A stretch of 63,346 bases of DNA, filler included, from Stramenopiles sp. TOSAG23-6 (taxonomy: Eukaryota), in NCBI GenBank assembly GCA_900128565.1. It is 20 parts of 20 records of this genome, joined end to end, with 100 filler letters (N's around TTAATTAATTAA, not from the genome) between each part and the next. Parts side by side here need not be neighbours in the genome. Positions count along the whole stretch, not along the records: positions 9,584 to 12,670 come from LT637658.1; positions 12,771 to 15,856 come from LT637659.1; positions 15,957 to 19,040 come from LT637660.1; positions 19,141 to 22,218 come from LT637661.1; positions 22,319 to 25,395 come from LT637662.1; 15 more parts are not named here. One strand, given 5' to 3'. The notes beneath the pieces are model-generated. The model was given only the letters and a program-made list of their open reading frames with translations. It made no database searches and was not told where the DNA came from. Positions 11,300 through 23,261 of this stretch are shown here, one piece after another. Every line of letters begins with the position of its first letter. Position 1 is the first letter of the stretch. The position numbers were made by a program, and so were the translations under genes.

Positions 11300-11841
11300 A
11301 TGTTAATTCGCTCTCTCCAATCGATAGTTTCTCGCACTCGCCATGTTTCAGCGAAACGTGGGTTTGCATCCGCCTCTACTACGTCGACAATAACTCCGCC
11401 AACTTCAACGTCTCATGAAAAGATGAAGTCAGACAAACGCTATAAAAAGGTTACTGTTGTCCCAGATTCTTTGACTGAAAATGCTCCACAGGAAGCGTTT
11501 TCTATCAAGGGTCAATTTCTTGATGGACGACCTGCATATCTTGATGCTCAGGCAACAACTCCACTTGATCCACGTGTATTAGAAGTGATGATGCCTTACA
11601 TGGTTTCACAGTATGGAAATCCACACTCACGGACACATTCATACGGTTGGGAAGCTGAAGCTGCCGTTGAAAAAGCTCGTGGTCAAGTAGCTGATTTAAT
11701 TGGATGTACCTCAAATGAAATTGTATTTACTTCAGGGGCAACAGAATGTAATAATATGGCAATTAAAGGTGTCGCTCGATTTTACTCGAAGCGTAAAAAG
11801 CACATAGTAACTACTCAGACGGAACACAAGTGTACGTTTTC

Positions 11842-11872
<31 letters not shown>

Positions 11873-12606
11873 GTCCACAATTTTTTGCCAAACGAATTTT
11901 TTTTTTTCCAAAAAAATTTACCGAAAAAAAAAAAAAAAAATATTTTTTCACGGTATATGTGTCCTTGACTCTTGTCGAATCTTGGAGCAACAAGGATTTG
12001 ATATTACATATTTGCCTGTCAAAGAGAACGGTTTAGTCGATCTAGGTGAGCTCGAAGCAGCCATTCGACCAGGCGAGACTGTTCTCTGCTCTGTTATGGC
12101 AGTTAATAATGAAATTGGCGTTGTCCAACCCTTGAAGGAAATTGGAGCACTTTGCAGAAAAAATAAAGTTTTTTTTCATACTGATGCCGCTCAAATGGCG
12201 GGAAAAATGAAAATTGATGTTGATGAACTTAATATTGATTTAATGTCAATCAGTGGGCATAAGTTATATGGACCAAAAGGTGTTGGAGCTTTATATGTGT
12301 AGGTTTTTAGTACTCATTGTATACTATTTTGTTTTTGGTCATTTTTTTTTCAATTTTTTTTTCAATTTTTTTTAGATTTTTTTTTTTTGTAATTTTTTTC
12401 ATAGTAAATTTTGTACCTAACAAAAAATAACAAAAAAAAAATATTTTTCACAATATAGACGTCGACGACCAAGAGTGCGTTTGGAAGCCATAATCAATGG
12501 TGGTGGTCAAGAGCGAGGTCTTCGCAGTGGTACTTTGCCACATCCTTTGATTGCTGGTTTGGGTGAAGCAGCTGAAATTTCAAGTCAAGAAATGGAGAGA
12601 GATCAT
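11300..12606 (+). CDS. NFS1: Mitochondrial cysteine desulfurase, 3'-partial; introns 11832-11958 (GT..AT) and 12299-12458 (GT..AG)
   Basis: Transit-peptide-like start, [58 protein letters not shown]. Confidence 0.95.
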
Positions 12607-13114
12607 GTACTTTTTTTTTTTCTTCAATTTAAAAAAAAATTTCATACGAAATTTCGTACCTAACGAATTTNNNNNNNNNNNNNNNNNNNNNNNNNNNNNN
12701 NNNNNNNNNNNNNNTTAATTAATTAANNNNNNNNNNNNNNNNNNNNNNNNNNNNNNNNNNNNNNNNNNNNCTGGTGGTTTAAGTCCAGGAGAATACGTTC
12801 GTCTTTCAAAACAAAGTGATCAAAACGCTGTAGTAGAAATGAATTCAGCTTTGTCTTTAAAAGTATGTAAAGGTTTAACGTATAGAAAGAACAAGGATAA
12901 AGATATAAATGGAGACGAATTTTGCAGAATAGTATGGAAAGGTCATTTACACTAATAAAGAAATCCAAGATAGTATTGCTTTATTGTTACCAGTTTCATT
13001 TTTTAACTATAAATAGTAAATCATATCATGGTTCAGAAAAAGCAGCAATTGAGCTTAAATTTTATTTTTTTCCCACTGTGTACAAATAGAGAAGTTTCAC
13101 TTTGAGGCGAGTAT

Positions 13115-14518
13115 TCAATATGGATGTAAGCGAGATACTACATTTCTTTCCTCTCGGTTATATCGAGATGATAGAGGGTTAGGATTACGGTATCGAGAAC
13201 TACGGTTAGGATTATGGTATCGAGAACTACGGTTCGCATAAAGACGTTCTTGACTGCTATGTTGTCGTCGGCGGTCCGTATCATGAGTCCCTTGACGTGC
13301 ACCTCGAAGAGCAATAATATGAGCTATATCTCTGTCTATATCTCTGGTTGAGTAAGGGGATGAATAACGACGTCCTCTGTATGAAGCAGGTACTCCATAT
13401 GCAGAGGAACTGGAACTTTGTAAGCGTTCCATCAACTGTTGTCTTTCGCGTTCTTGAGACGCTCGTGCTACTGCAACATCTTGAGATTCTAAATCAGCCC
13501 GAGCTTGAGAACCATCAGCGTCAGTATCTGGAAATAACTCTTCAAGTGGTGGTGCTGGCTCACGTTCAACACTATGAAGGAAGAACCACTGAGATATCTC
13601 AGTTTTCAAATCTTCATCAATCTTTCGTTCACAGTTATACGGAATAGCTTCTCCTGTGTAAGGATGCCGTATTTCTAAATGGTCAAGTACCATTTTCTGT
13701 CTACTTGTCAAAAATCTCTCAGAAGAAACTTTCATCTGCTTGAGTTTGCTTTTTCTGGCGCGTGAGAGAAGAAATTCAATTGTTTTTTTGTCAAGTGGAG
13801 GCTCCATCTTTTTACCTTTAAAATAGAAATTCATTGGATCATTCATTGGAACTAATGTGAGAGGATCAATGTATTTTTCAGGGATTTCCTTATCTTCCGT
13901 TGTGCTGGATGTCGAATCTTTTGATTCAGTTGTAGCGATCATGGCAGCTGCACCCTCACTAGTTTCATTGAGCTGTTGCATTTCGCTATTTTGAGAGTCA
14001 TCAGTGTCAACTTCTTGAGACTCAAAAACAGCAGGAGCTTGAGAGCCACCAGCGCCAGACTCTTGTTCAAAATTTAAATCTCCGGGTGGGCTAGATAGCA
14101 TGATACCTTCGCTGTCTTCATTGTCTTCGCTCTCTTCACTTGACACCTCTGGAGTATTTGACTTGATCCCGGTTGAAGGCTGAAAGTAGCGCATGCGTTT
14201 TTGCCGAAGTTCCTGACGACGAAGTTCATTTTCATCTATAGGAGCTACTATAGGCACATGGTCAGTTTGGTTTTCAAGTTTAGGTGTAGCTTCAAGATCT
14301 TCAGTTGCGCTTTTAGATTCTTCAAATTCCTGGGGGTGTTTAGTTGAATCTTTCAACGACGCAGCAATAGCAGCAGAAATCATCGCTTCTTCGGCGGTAA
14401 TTTGCTGAGAAAAAGCATGACGTGGAGGGGGACTTTCAATGTCGCGAGATTGAGTAGATGCGTAGCAGAGATCAAGTGCTACCACAAAACTCAACGCAAG
14501 TAATTTAAAATGAAACAT
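13115..14518 (-). CDS. Intronless protein with putative signal peptide, UIM-like motif and U-box-like domain
   Basis: MFHFKLLALSFVVALDLCYA; EEAMISAAIAASLKD; IPEKYIDPLTLVPMNDP...LDKKTI...HPYTGE...LKTEISQW. Confidence 0.65.
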   Translation of the reverse strand: MFHFKLLALSFVVALDLCYASTQSRDIESPPPRHAFSQQITAEEAMISAAIAASLKDSTKHPQEFEESKSATEDLEATPKLENQTDHVPIVAPIDENELRRQELRQKRMRYFQPSTGIKSNTPEVSSEESEDNEDSEGIMLSSPPGDLNFEQESGAGGSQAPAVFESQEVDTDDSQNSEMQQLNETSEGAAAMIATTESKDSTSSTTEDKEIPEKYIDPLTLVPMNDPMNFYFKGKKMEPPLDKKTIEFLLSRARKSKLKQMKVSSERFLTSRQKMVLDHLEIRHPYTGEAIPYNCERKIDEDLKTEISQWFFLHSVEREPAPPLEELFPDTDADGSQARADLESQDVAVARASQERERQQLMERLQSSSSSAYGVPASYRGRRYSSPYSTRDIDRDIAHIIALRGARQGTHDTDRRRQHSSQERLYANRSSRYHNPNRSSRYRNPNPLSSRYNREERNVVSRLHPY

Positions 14519-14769
14519 CTTATCGAACAATCTCCGGTTGTGTCCAGAAATTTGTGAGATATTACTAATTTAAAAAGAGAATACTTAATGTCTTTAACAA
14601 CACACAAGTCGAAGTGTCAAACATCAAATACCAGTGATTCTACCTGACTTGATGTCATTTTTAAATTTTGATGGCCGCAAAATAAATTGTATTTCGTGTT
14701 TGCGTTTGCAGCAACAATTAAATTATTTAATTAAAGTTAATTTTTTTCAAATTGTCATTCTTTTATTCT

Positions 14770-15856
14770 TTATTTTTGATTATCACGTCGCCAATGCCAA
14801 ATATCATTATAAAGTTGTCTTGAGCTCCAAGCTACGTATAAGCTAGCCAAACAACCCAACAAATTAATTATCGATGTTACGTGGAATGTTCCTTCAAAAC
14901 AAATGTTTCCTTTACTACAAGTCCTTCCACCATCAGCACTATGTTCTTTATAAAAATGCTGAAATATAAATTTAGCAAACACCAATCCAGATATTGCACC
15001 AGTATATCCATCAAAAAATTGGTAGATCTTACCAAAGTGCAATGGTCCAAAGATTTCGTGAACCAATAAAACAATCATTGGAAAAGTGTGTCCAAATGCC
15101 AATCCACTTAAAATGATGGATATCAATAACTCAAACACATCAGTTGCACTAGCCAGAATAGTACATGCTATCATCATTATAAAGCAAGCAAATGAAAGGA
15201 ATAGTGGTCGTGGAATACTTTTACTTTTACTCACAGCAAAGTCTGATACGAACCCACAAAAAAGCCGACCAAAAGATTGCAAAGACGAAAATAACGTTAC
15301 GACCGTTGTATTATATTGTGCTAATCCTAGGGAATGTGTAATTTGACCTGCATTTGTAGTTACAAGTAANNNNNNNNNNNNNNNNNNNNNNNNNNNNNNN
15401 NNNTGAAAGATTTACTTTTGATTGGATTTTGTTTTACCATGTAACTTTCATTAATATTACCTTGCGTAGTTTGAGGCTCAAAAATACTCTCTTGTTTACT
15501 CATTGTATCCTTGTAATTTATTCCATTCATTTCGGAATCAATGTTATTTTTACATACCTCAATGAGTGGCTCCGATAGACAAACAGTACTATTACTATCG
15601 GAAATACTAATGGGACAATCTGTAGATAAATTTGGGTTAGGGTTAGGGTTATTATCCTCAGTAAATTCAGCACGATATCCCAAACTAGTTTCTTCCTTTG
15701 GATTCCAGAAGCTGAAAGGAAAAACTACAGCGATAGGCAGAACCAGTAGGAAAAAGATTGTGAAGCCGAAATATAGTCGTACAGATTTTGATGATTGAGG
15801 TCGAATTTCACCACAATTTAGTTTTATTACATTCGTATCATTTTTATTGTATATTT
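14770..15856 (-). CDS. MFS transporter (nodulin-like/MCH1 type), C-terminal part, gapped
   Basis: GRLFCGFVSD, GLAFG, EIFGPLHFGKIY and C-x-x-G-x-x-CF motifs with multiple TMs. Confidence 0.75.
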
Positions 15857-15956
15857 NNNNNNNNNNNNNNNNNNNNNNNNNNNNNNNNNNNNNNNNNNNN
15901 TTAATTAATTAANNNNNNNNNNNNNNNNNNNNNNNNNNNNNNNNNNNNNNNNNNNN

Positions 15957-18025
15957 AACTTTTTACTCGTGCACAAAACAGATTTCTCAAATTACAAATT
16001 CATTCTTCTAGTGAATTATGTACTGTATGTTTTCAGGATCAATTTAAATTTATTTATATTTTTATAAAAATTTTGTACCTAACAAAAAAAATGAAAATAT
16101 TTTCCTACAATACATACTAATAAAGGCAATGAGAATACTATTTTAAAAGTGATTGACTGGGGCACAGAACCAGATGTAGATTCAATTCTTATTGAACAAA
16201 ACAATAGTGACATTCAACTTGTAAAATTATTACATGTTTGGCTTGAGGGTGAAGGTGCTACCATTAGAGACAAATGTAGAATTTTTTTGAGACCGACAAA
16301 AAATGAAGAAATCCCATTACACCGTATCACAAATTCATGTATGTTTTATTTTTTTTTTCAAATTTGAATTTGTTTTCTTATGAAATTTTGTACCTAACAA
16401 TTATTTTTTTCAAATATTTTTCCAAAATACATAAACATCCTGGGGGAATCAGACATGACCATTCTCAAATATATGGAAGGATTGAACCATTATGTTATGA
16501 AGTGTATGTTTTATTTTATTTTTATTTCAATGTTGAATTTATTTTTCGTACACAATTTTGTACCTAACAAATTTGTTTTTGAAATATTTTTCCAAAATAC
16601 AAAACTTGTATTGGTAACGGCAACAAATGTTTGGTATTTACAGTGCCTGAATTTGGATCAAATGTTAGTAGATTGTTGCGAGACGATTTGGGTCGTGCCG
16701 GTGTTGTTCGCAGTGAATCAGAATTAAGAATATTTTGCTGGACTTCAGGTTTTCGCTTCCCAAAGCAGACTTCTTTTGAGAAATCTGAGTTCTATAAGTT
16801 GAGCAGAAAAACAACAGCACTTGAACTGACAGAACGATTTCGCGAAAGAGGCATTATTCCGAATGATGTTCAGTTCCTATGCCAAGGTAGTGTTGGTGGT
16901 AAAACAAGGGTCATTGGCCATGCTAGGTCAGCCTTTTTGTATGTTTTCATTATGAATTTCAAATGTATTTTATTTTCATACAAAATGTTGTACCTAAATT
17001 ATTTTTTTTATTTTTGAAATATTTTTTCACAATATATAAAAGATGGTGGAAGTAGAAAAGGCTTCGACATATTGCAAAATCATACGTCGGAAGAAACTTT
17101 CGATGGGCTTTGTGGAACACTTGTGCATCCGCATTTTGTAAAACTCGGACGTATGGGTGTGTACAAAGTGGCACTGGAAAGAGCACCCAACAAAGAGGAG
17201 TTTCGTAAGAAGTATCAAAAACTTTTGGATGAGTATGGTTTGGAAGAAGCCGGCAAATTTGCTAATGTTGTGGCATATGGATCATGTGGTGAAATTCTTA
17301 GTCAAAAGCACGTCAAATGTCATTATGACAAGGAAGGCAGCCTTTCTAGTGAAATTATCTGCACGAATACCGTCCAAGGTATACGTCTATGGACGAACTA
17401 TAAATGTGATAAATGTGGAGATTGGCATCGATCTCGTGTTGTAGTGCAAAAGACAACAAATAATGGTGTAGTATCCGCAAAAATTGGGTGTACTGTTCAT
17501 TGTAAAAAAACGAAAACTATTAAGTCATTTGATCATGCATATATTGAAAGAGTTCCCTTTCATTTTATCAATGAAGATTGTTTCAAAGGTTGTCGATGTT
17601 TTATTTGCGCAAATGAACATTCAGATAAACCTGTCAATATTGAAAAACCTAAGAAAAGAAGTAAAGGTACTCTCAGCATTGGAACAATTATAGAACTTGC
17701 TGATGCGAAACGTCTGAAACATATTGAAGATGAACATGAAAAGCATCCAAACAGGCAAAAAAAAACCCTCAAGCAAGAAAATCCTATAAGAGAAGATCTT
17801 ACACGTTTCGTAAAATGCACAAAAAATGGAGAACCAAATCTTACCCTAATCCAGTCTAGTTCAAAAGGTGATTTGATGGTGCGAATTGGTGGTAAACATG
17901 GTAAAACTATTGCAATCAGCGGAGTGAAAAATCTTGAAATGGTTCCGTTTTCGTGTCCTCGAGGTGAATCTTGTCCGTGTACATTTTGTGAAAGACGTCG
18001 TAACAACTTAAAAGAAGAAGACTGA
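15957..18025 (+). CDS. Multi-exon hypothetical Cys/His-rich protein, 5'-partial
   Basis: Four family introns (16025-16115, 16339-~16430, 16504-~16602, 16939-17037) connect the ORF segments. CxxC and CxC clusters in the last exon. Confidence 0.6.
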
Positions 18026-19190
18026 TGCATAATTGTACCTAATTGTACCATGGGTAATATTCAAATAGCTACTTCTTCTTTGGCCATTTCTTTCTATATT
18101 TGTTTAAATAAAAAGATATTTTTATCCTATTATTGTATTATTCTTGTAGTTGCCGAAATTATATATGCTTTTGATACAATGATTTCTATCAAATGCACTA
18201 CATTTTACATTATAATAATTTACATTACACTTAACACTTACATAACATTTTTTACATTACATTTTATTAAATTTACACTTACATTTACTAGATTTTATAT
18301 TTTATATGACGTTGCATTTGCATTACATCATACATTTCATTTATTATTGTAAACTATAAATTATATTTTACATTTGCATAGTAAAAGTTTTGGTCATTCC
18401 AAAAAAAACATTATATGTTATTAGCTAGTAATTTCCGTCGTCTATTTCCAATTGTATCATGAATTTTATACCCTCCACATGTATAAAAATCAGCTTTACA
18501 AGAGCCNGGTTCACNGCGCGCCATTNCATATATGAAAATAAAAATNTAGATATTAAAATAAAAATATAGATAATTTATTATTGTAAAGAATTCAATGTCC
18601 TGAACGTTTAAATATGTGTTTCTCATAGGAGACAATCTCCTGGAAACATTCGTTTTAACTTGTAACACTTTACTATTTTTTTTCTTGTTTGAATCCTCAA
18701 TTGTATTTACATGTCTCTTCTCTTTTGGTAATGAACGCCGTCTACTACGCTGTTGCGGTTTTACATTTGATTTTTCTAAAACTTTTTCTTCTTTTTCTAA
18801 ACCCAAATTGATCTTTTTCATTCTTTTCAGGTGTCAAATTTTCAGCAGATGATGCATTCATCGGACTTGATTTTATTTTTTTTCAAAAATCTCCAATAAA
18901 TGATCCTTCGATGTATTTGAAATTACTTTAGAGAAATGAGACGCATTTGAAACATTCGAAATTGAACCTATATCAAATTTCGTAGTTACAGAAAGCCTAC
19001 TTTGCTGCGATCAGTAGAGTGGTTTAGCTGAGCAACCCATNNNNNNNNNNNNNNNNNNNNNNNNNNNNNNNNNNNNNNNNNNNNTTAATTAATTAANNNN
19101 NNNNNNNNNNNNNNNNNNNNNNNNNNNNNNNNNNNNNNNNATAGTATTTGAAATAAATAAACATTTTTGTNATGTAAAAGCAANCATCAT

Positions 19191-20879
19191 TCATTGTTTG
19201 AATAAAAACAAAAATATTTGCAAACCCGGCGGTTTACCAATCGCTTTTTTGTCGTTTCCAATGTCATATGTGTTTTTACCGTGATTACCTGTCATCATGT
19301 CAGTAAATTTTTTTGGACTAAAATCACTCAATATTGTATTTTGATATGCGATACTTGTGACACTTTTATAACTATCCAACTGTAGTCTTCTCCGAGCATC
19401 GGTGTCCATAGGAACAGATGAGATCAAAACTAAATCTTTTCCATTTTTAGTCGTCCCGAAACCATTTGTGTTTTTAATTGTTGCATATATCAAATTTTTT
19501 TCGTCGTTGTCGCAATTTCCTCGACATTTATCGAATAACTCATGATGTGTTGAATCAAGTGAACATCTGCCATTTTTGAAATTGAATTGTTGTGTTATTG
19601 TTATTTCACCACAACTGTGTCGTCTTACATCATTTTCTATCACAACTCCAGATTCACAAATTACAGTAACATGTTTATCACAGACATGATCTTTGGTAAT
19701 CAAGTATATGATAACACCAAGTAAACCAAGTAAGAGTGTACATGCGATAGAAGTCTGCATGATCTTGGGTGTACATCGTTTAGTTTGATTTCCGCTCAAA
19801 ATTGTTGAATTTGTTTTCATTTCATTTTCTTGAACAAATTTCAAGACCCGGTGGATATGGTTTGAACTCTTGGTGATCTTTTCAAATGAAATTGTAAATT
19901 TATATGCAAAGCGGAGAACAACAGCAAGACAAATTGTATCAATCACAACTTCATAAGAACCAAGATCCCTACTTAGATACAAACTTAATTGAATTGATCC
20001 TAAGAACGAGGTAGTAATCAGCAACTGTATTATAAACACAAATGTTGAGTGATAATTTTGTTTCTCTATTGACAAGAGAAAGTTTTTCAAAGGTGCACTG
20101 TCGTCGCCTTTCTTTGNAGGCTTATCATTCTTCAAAAGATCTTCATTATGTTTCAGTGAATATTTTGTNGCAAACAACAAAGTAATAAACNAAATAAAAA
20201 GCACCCCAAGAGTATATACACCATATAACCATTTCCGAATCATGAGAAAAGTCAAGACAGCAACAATTACAAAAACAGATTCAAAACATTCTGGAATTAG
20301 ACAAAAATAAANGTATTGTGTTACTTTGATGTCGTTCGAGAACAATAGTTTCTTAATCTTTCCAATTTCTTTAGGAATTCTTGCAATAATTTTTGAGCTG
20401 AAATCGTTTCCACATTTTCGTAACCAGTGTTGACTAATCTGCNGTATTAAAATAGCTGTAATCACANAGANCCAAATATNCATTGAAAGTGAAANTATGT
20501 TAACTGGACCACGATANTNAACATTGGNANCCGTAAATGACTCNAGTACAAAGTCAAATAAATAAATATCAAATNCCNAAAACGAAGCATACATTATTTT
20601 GAGTAAAAATNCAAACAGAATAGTGAATACAGACATAGTATTCGTTGGNCGAATGATATTCTTGAACGTTGACCACAGCCCAAATGTCNGTTGTTGAATT
20701 AAAGGTAACCTCTTGTCATAGTCCAGGTGTGGATGATGCTGACGTTTCTCCGATTCTTCTGGTTCTTCTGACTTTTGATTTTTTGGTACAACTACATTTG
20801 ATTGTGCACCTTTTGTTTCCTCATCGACTNGTATACCAAGAGGATTCGATTTTGCTTGAGTAATTGGCATAGTTTCCAA
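19191..20879 (-). CDS. Multi-pass membrane protein with Cys-containing C-terminal region
   Basis: 562 aa ORF with several hydrophobic segments; many N bases. Confidence 0.6.
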   Translation of the reverse strand: METMPITQAKSNPLGIXVDEETKGAQSNVVVPKNQKSEEPEESEKRQHHPHLDYDKRLPLIQQXTFGLWSTFKNIIXPTNTMSVFTILFXFLLKIMYASFXXFDIYLFDFVXESFTXXNVXYRGPVNIXSLSMXIWXXVITAILIXQISQHWLRKCGNDFSSKIIARIPKEIGKIKKLLFSNDIKVTQYXYFCLIPECFESVFVIVAVLTFLMIRKWLYGVYTLGVLFIXFITLLFXTKYSLKHNEDLLKNDKPXKKGDDSAPLKNFLLSIEKQNYHSTFVFIIQLLITTSFLGSIQLSLYLSRDLGSYEVVIDTICLAVVLRFAYKFTISFEKITKSSNHIHRVLKFVQENEMKTNSTILSGNQTKRCTPKIMQTSIACTLLLGLLGVIIYLITKDHVCDKHVTVICESGVVIENDVRRHSCGEITITQQFNFKNGRCSLDSTHHELFDKCRGNCDNDEKNLIYATIKNTNGFGTTKNGKDLVLISSVPMDTDARRRLQLDSYKSVTSIAYQNTILSDFSPKKFTDMMTGNHGKNTYDIGNDKKAIGKPPGLQIFLFLFKQ

Positions 20880-21297
20880 ATTGAAAGATAATACTGTTAC
20901 AGATGGAGANATATAGAGGAGGAGGAGGAGAAGATATATACGCGCGAAACAAAGAAAAAATTANAAAACATTTGAATTTTTTTGAATTTTTTCGCGCAAA
21001 ATTTGCTTGTTCGAATTTATTTTAATTGTGAAAAAAAAAAGTTGATCAAAAGATGAGAGAGAGATCAGCATCACACGAAAACTCGTGAAAACTAAGCTAA
21101 ATAAAAATTCAACATGTTTTCGACAATATTTTTTTTTACTTATACGTAAATTATATAATATATAATATTCTATATATAATATAACAATATCATTTCCAAA
21201 AAATTATAATTTATTTTATAATTTTTTGATTTTTTTGTATGAAATTTTGTACCTAAGAATATTTTTTTTCATACTACATTTTGTACTTTACATATAT

Positions 21298-22218
21298 TTA
21301 CATTACGAGATCTTCTGGATTTGTTGACGAAGAAAGACCTTCATCATAATTTTGTTGAATTCTCTCCGTCCAATATGAAAAATTGTCATTTTTTGTACCA
21401 AATTTCGTACCTAAAGATGATGTCGTTGTTTTCGTACCAATTTTCGTAGTTATAAAAGTACTTTTTGTTTTCGTAGACAATTTTGTGCCTAAGGAATTTT
21501 CAGTAAATGTTTTTACACAATGTTTTGATGAAATTGTGTTTTCAGATATATATTGTGAATTTCTTTTTTTTTTTTTAAATTTTTTTTGTTAGGTACGAAA
21601 TTTCGAACGAAAAAAAAAGTTTAGATTAGAAAATTCAAAAAAATAAACCATACAGTGGACAAATTTGTATATTTGAAGAATGCAAAGATCTTCCTAGTAC
21701 AATATTAGAGCCCCCAGGAAATTGTAATCGTTGTTGAATACACATTTTAAAACCAACTAATATTATAGTAAAGCTTGTGCTTAAATTCAAAATTCTTCTT
21801 AATACATGTACAATGTCAAATATATTTTAAATGAGTAAAAAGCTCACAAGTATAAAACATTATAATGAGTATTTCTTGTAATAAATACAACATAGAGTCT
21901 TCTCCGAGCATCGGTGTCCATAGGAACAGGTGAGATCAAAACTAAATCTTTTCCATTTTTAGTCGTCCCGAAATCATTTGTGTTTTTAATTGATGCATAT
22001 ATCAAATTTTTTTCGTCTCTGTCGCAATTTTCTCGACATTTATCGAATAACTCATGATGTGTTGAATCAAGTGAACATCTTCCATTTTTGAAATTGAATT
22101 GTTGTGTTATTGTTATTTCACCGCAACTGTGTCGTCTTACATCATTTCCTTTCACAACTCCAGATTCACAAATTACAGTAACATGTTTATCACAGACTTG
22201 ATCTTTGGTAATCAAGTA
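21298..22218 (-). CDS. Partial paralog of the downstream membrane protein with a different spliced C-terminus
   Basis: About 21895-22218 is nearly identical to about 19384-19707. Further exons ~21654-21805 and 21298-21547 join in frame via a GT..AT intron at 21548-21653. Confidence 0.5.
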
Positions 22219-22318
22219 NNNNNNNNNNNNNNNNNNNNNNNNNNNNNNNNNNNNNNNNNNNNTTAATTAATTAANNNNNNNNNNNNNNNNNNNNNNNNNN
22301 NNNNNNNNNNNNNNNNNN

Positions 22319-23172
22319 CTGGGGCTGTAGATTTGATTAAAGCACCCGAAATACTTCGCCTTACTGACTCTGAACATATTGCTGAATGCCCCGATACATT
22401 TTGGTTAGATATTTCGCGCCTTGTTGGGCTGCAGAACAAGCTACAAGCAATTTCTCTTCAAGGTACTTTTAGTGCAATTTTGATGCAATCATTGATGCGT
22501 TGTAATGTCCCAAAACATGCTGCACTTGAAGCTGGTACTCAGATGTCTGCTCGGCTTGATGTTGTTCTTAATAATGCTTCAACTGGAGGAGGTGTACAGT
22601 TGCGACACCTTGAGGCAGAAGTACTTCAAACAGTACGGGCGTGCTTAGTCAAATATACAGGTAAAGAGCTTTCAGAAACAGAGGCGAATCTTTTGAAAGG
22701 TCTGGTAAATAAAGCAACTTCTCTTGAGCATCCTATCTACAAGATGCTCATGAAGCGTACCGCGAATGCGATAAAATTTTGGTTAAAACTACATTGGAAT
22801 GATCGTTTAAATCCTAACAGCTCATCTGATACAAATAATAGAAATAATAATGATAGTAATATTCCTGAACTTGCACCTAATGGTTTGATGCGTTCTTCTG
22901 GTTCATCTTCAAGTGATCCAAATTCAATTGCATTCAATGCACACATTACGAAATCTGGCCTGACCTCTATTTCCAGAGGAATTATTGATATATCAAAAGA
23001 AATATTGCCATTATTAAGACACAATATTTTAGTACATGGCGAAAGATACAATAAGCATATGCGATCTACAATACTTGAAATATCCAACACAGAAGCAGAT
23101 AAAATATTACAAAACGATGAGGAGGATTCGACGAGTTCAGAAAACGAGTACTCTGATGATGAAGAAATTTAA
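22319..23172 (+). CDS. TCP11-family protein, C-terminal part
   Basis: PDTFWLDISRLVGLQ resembles the TCP11 PET..D..RL...Q motif; ends with ...HNILVHGERY. Confidence 0.55.
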
Positions 23173-23261
23173 CAATAAAATATGATGAAGAACATTTATT
23201 AACGCCTATTAAATGTATTTTTTCCTTACTCTTTTTTTTTTCTTCACGAAGGAATGTGATT

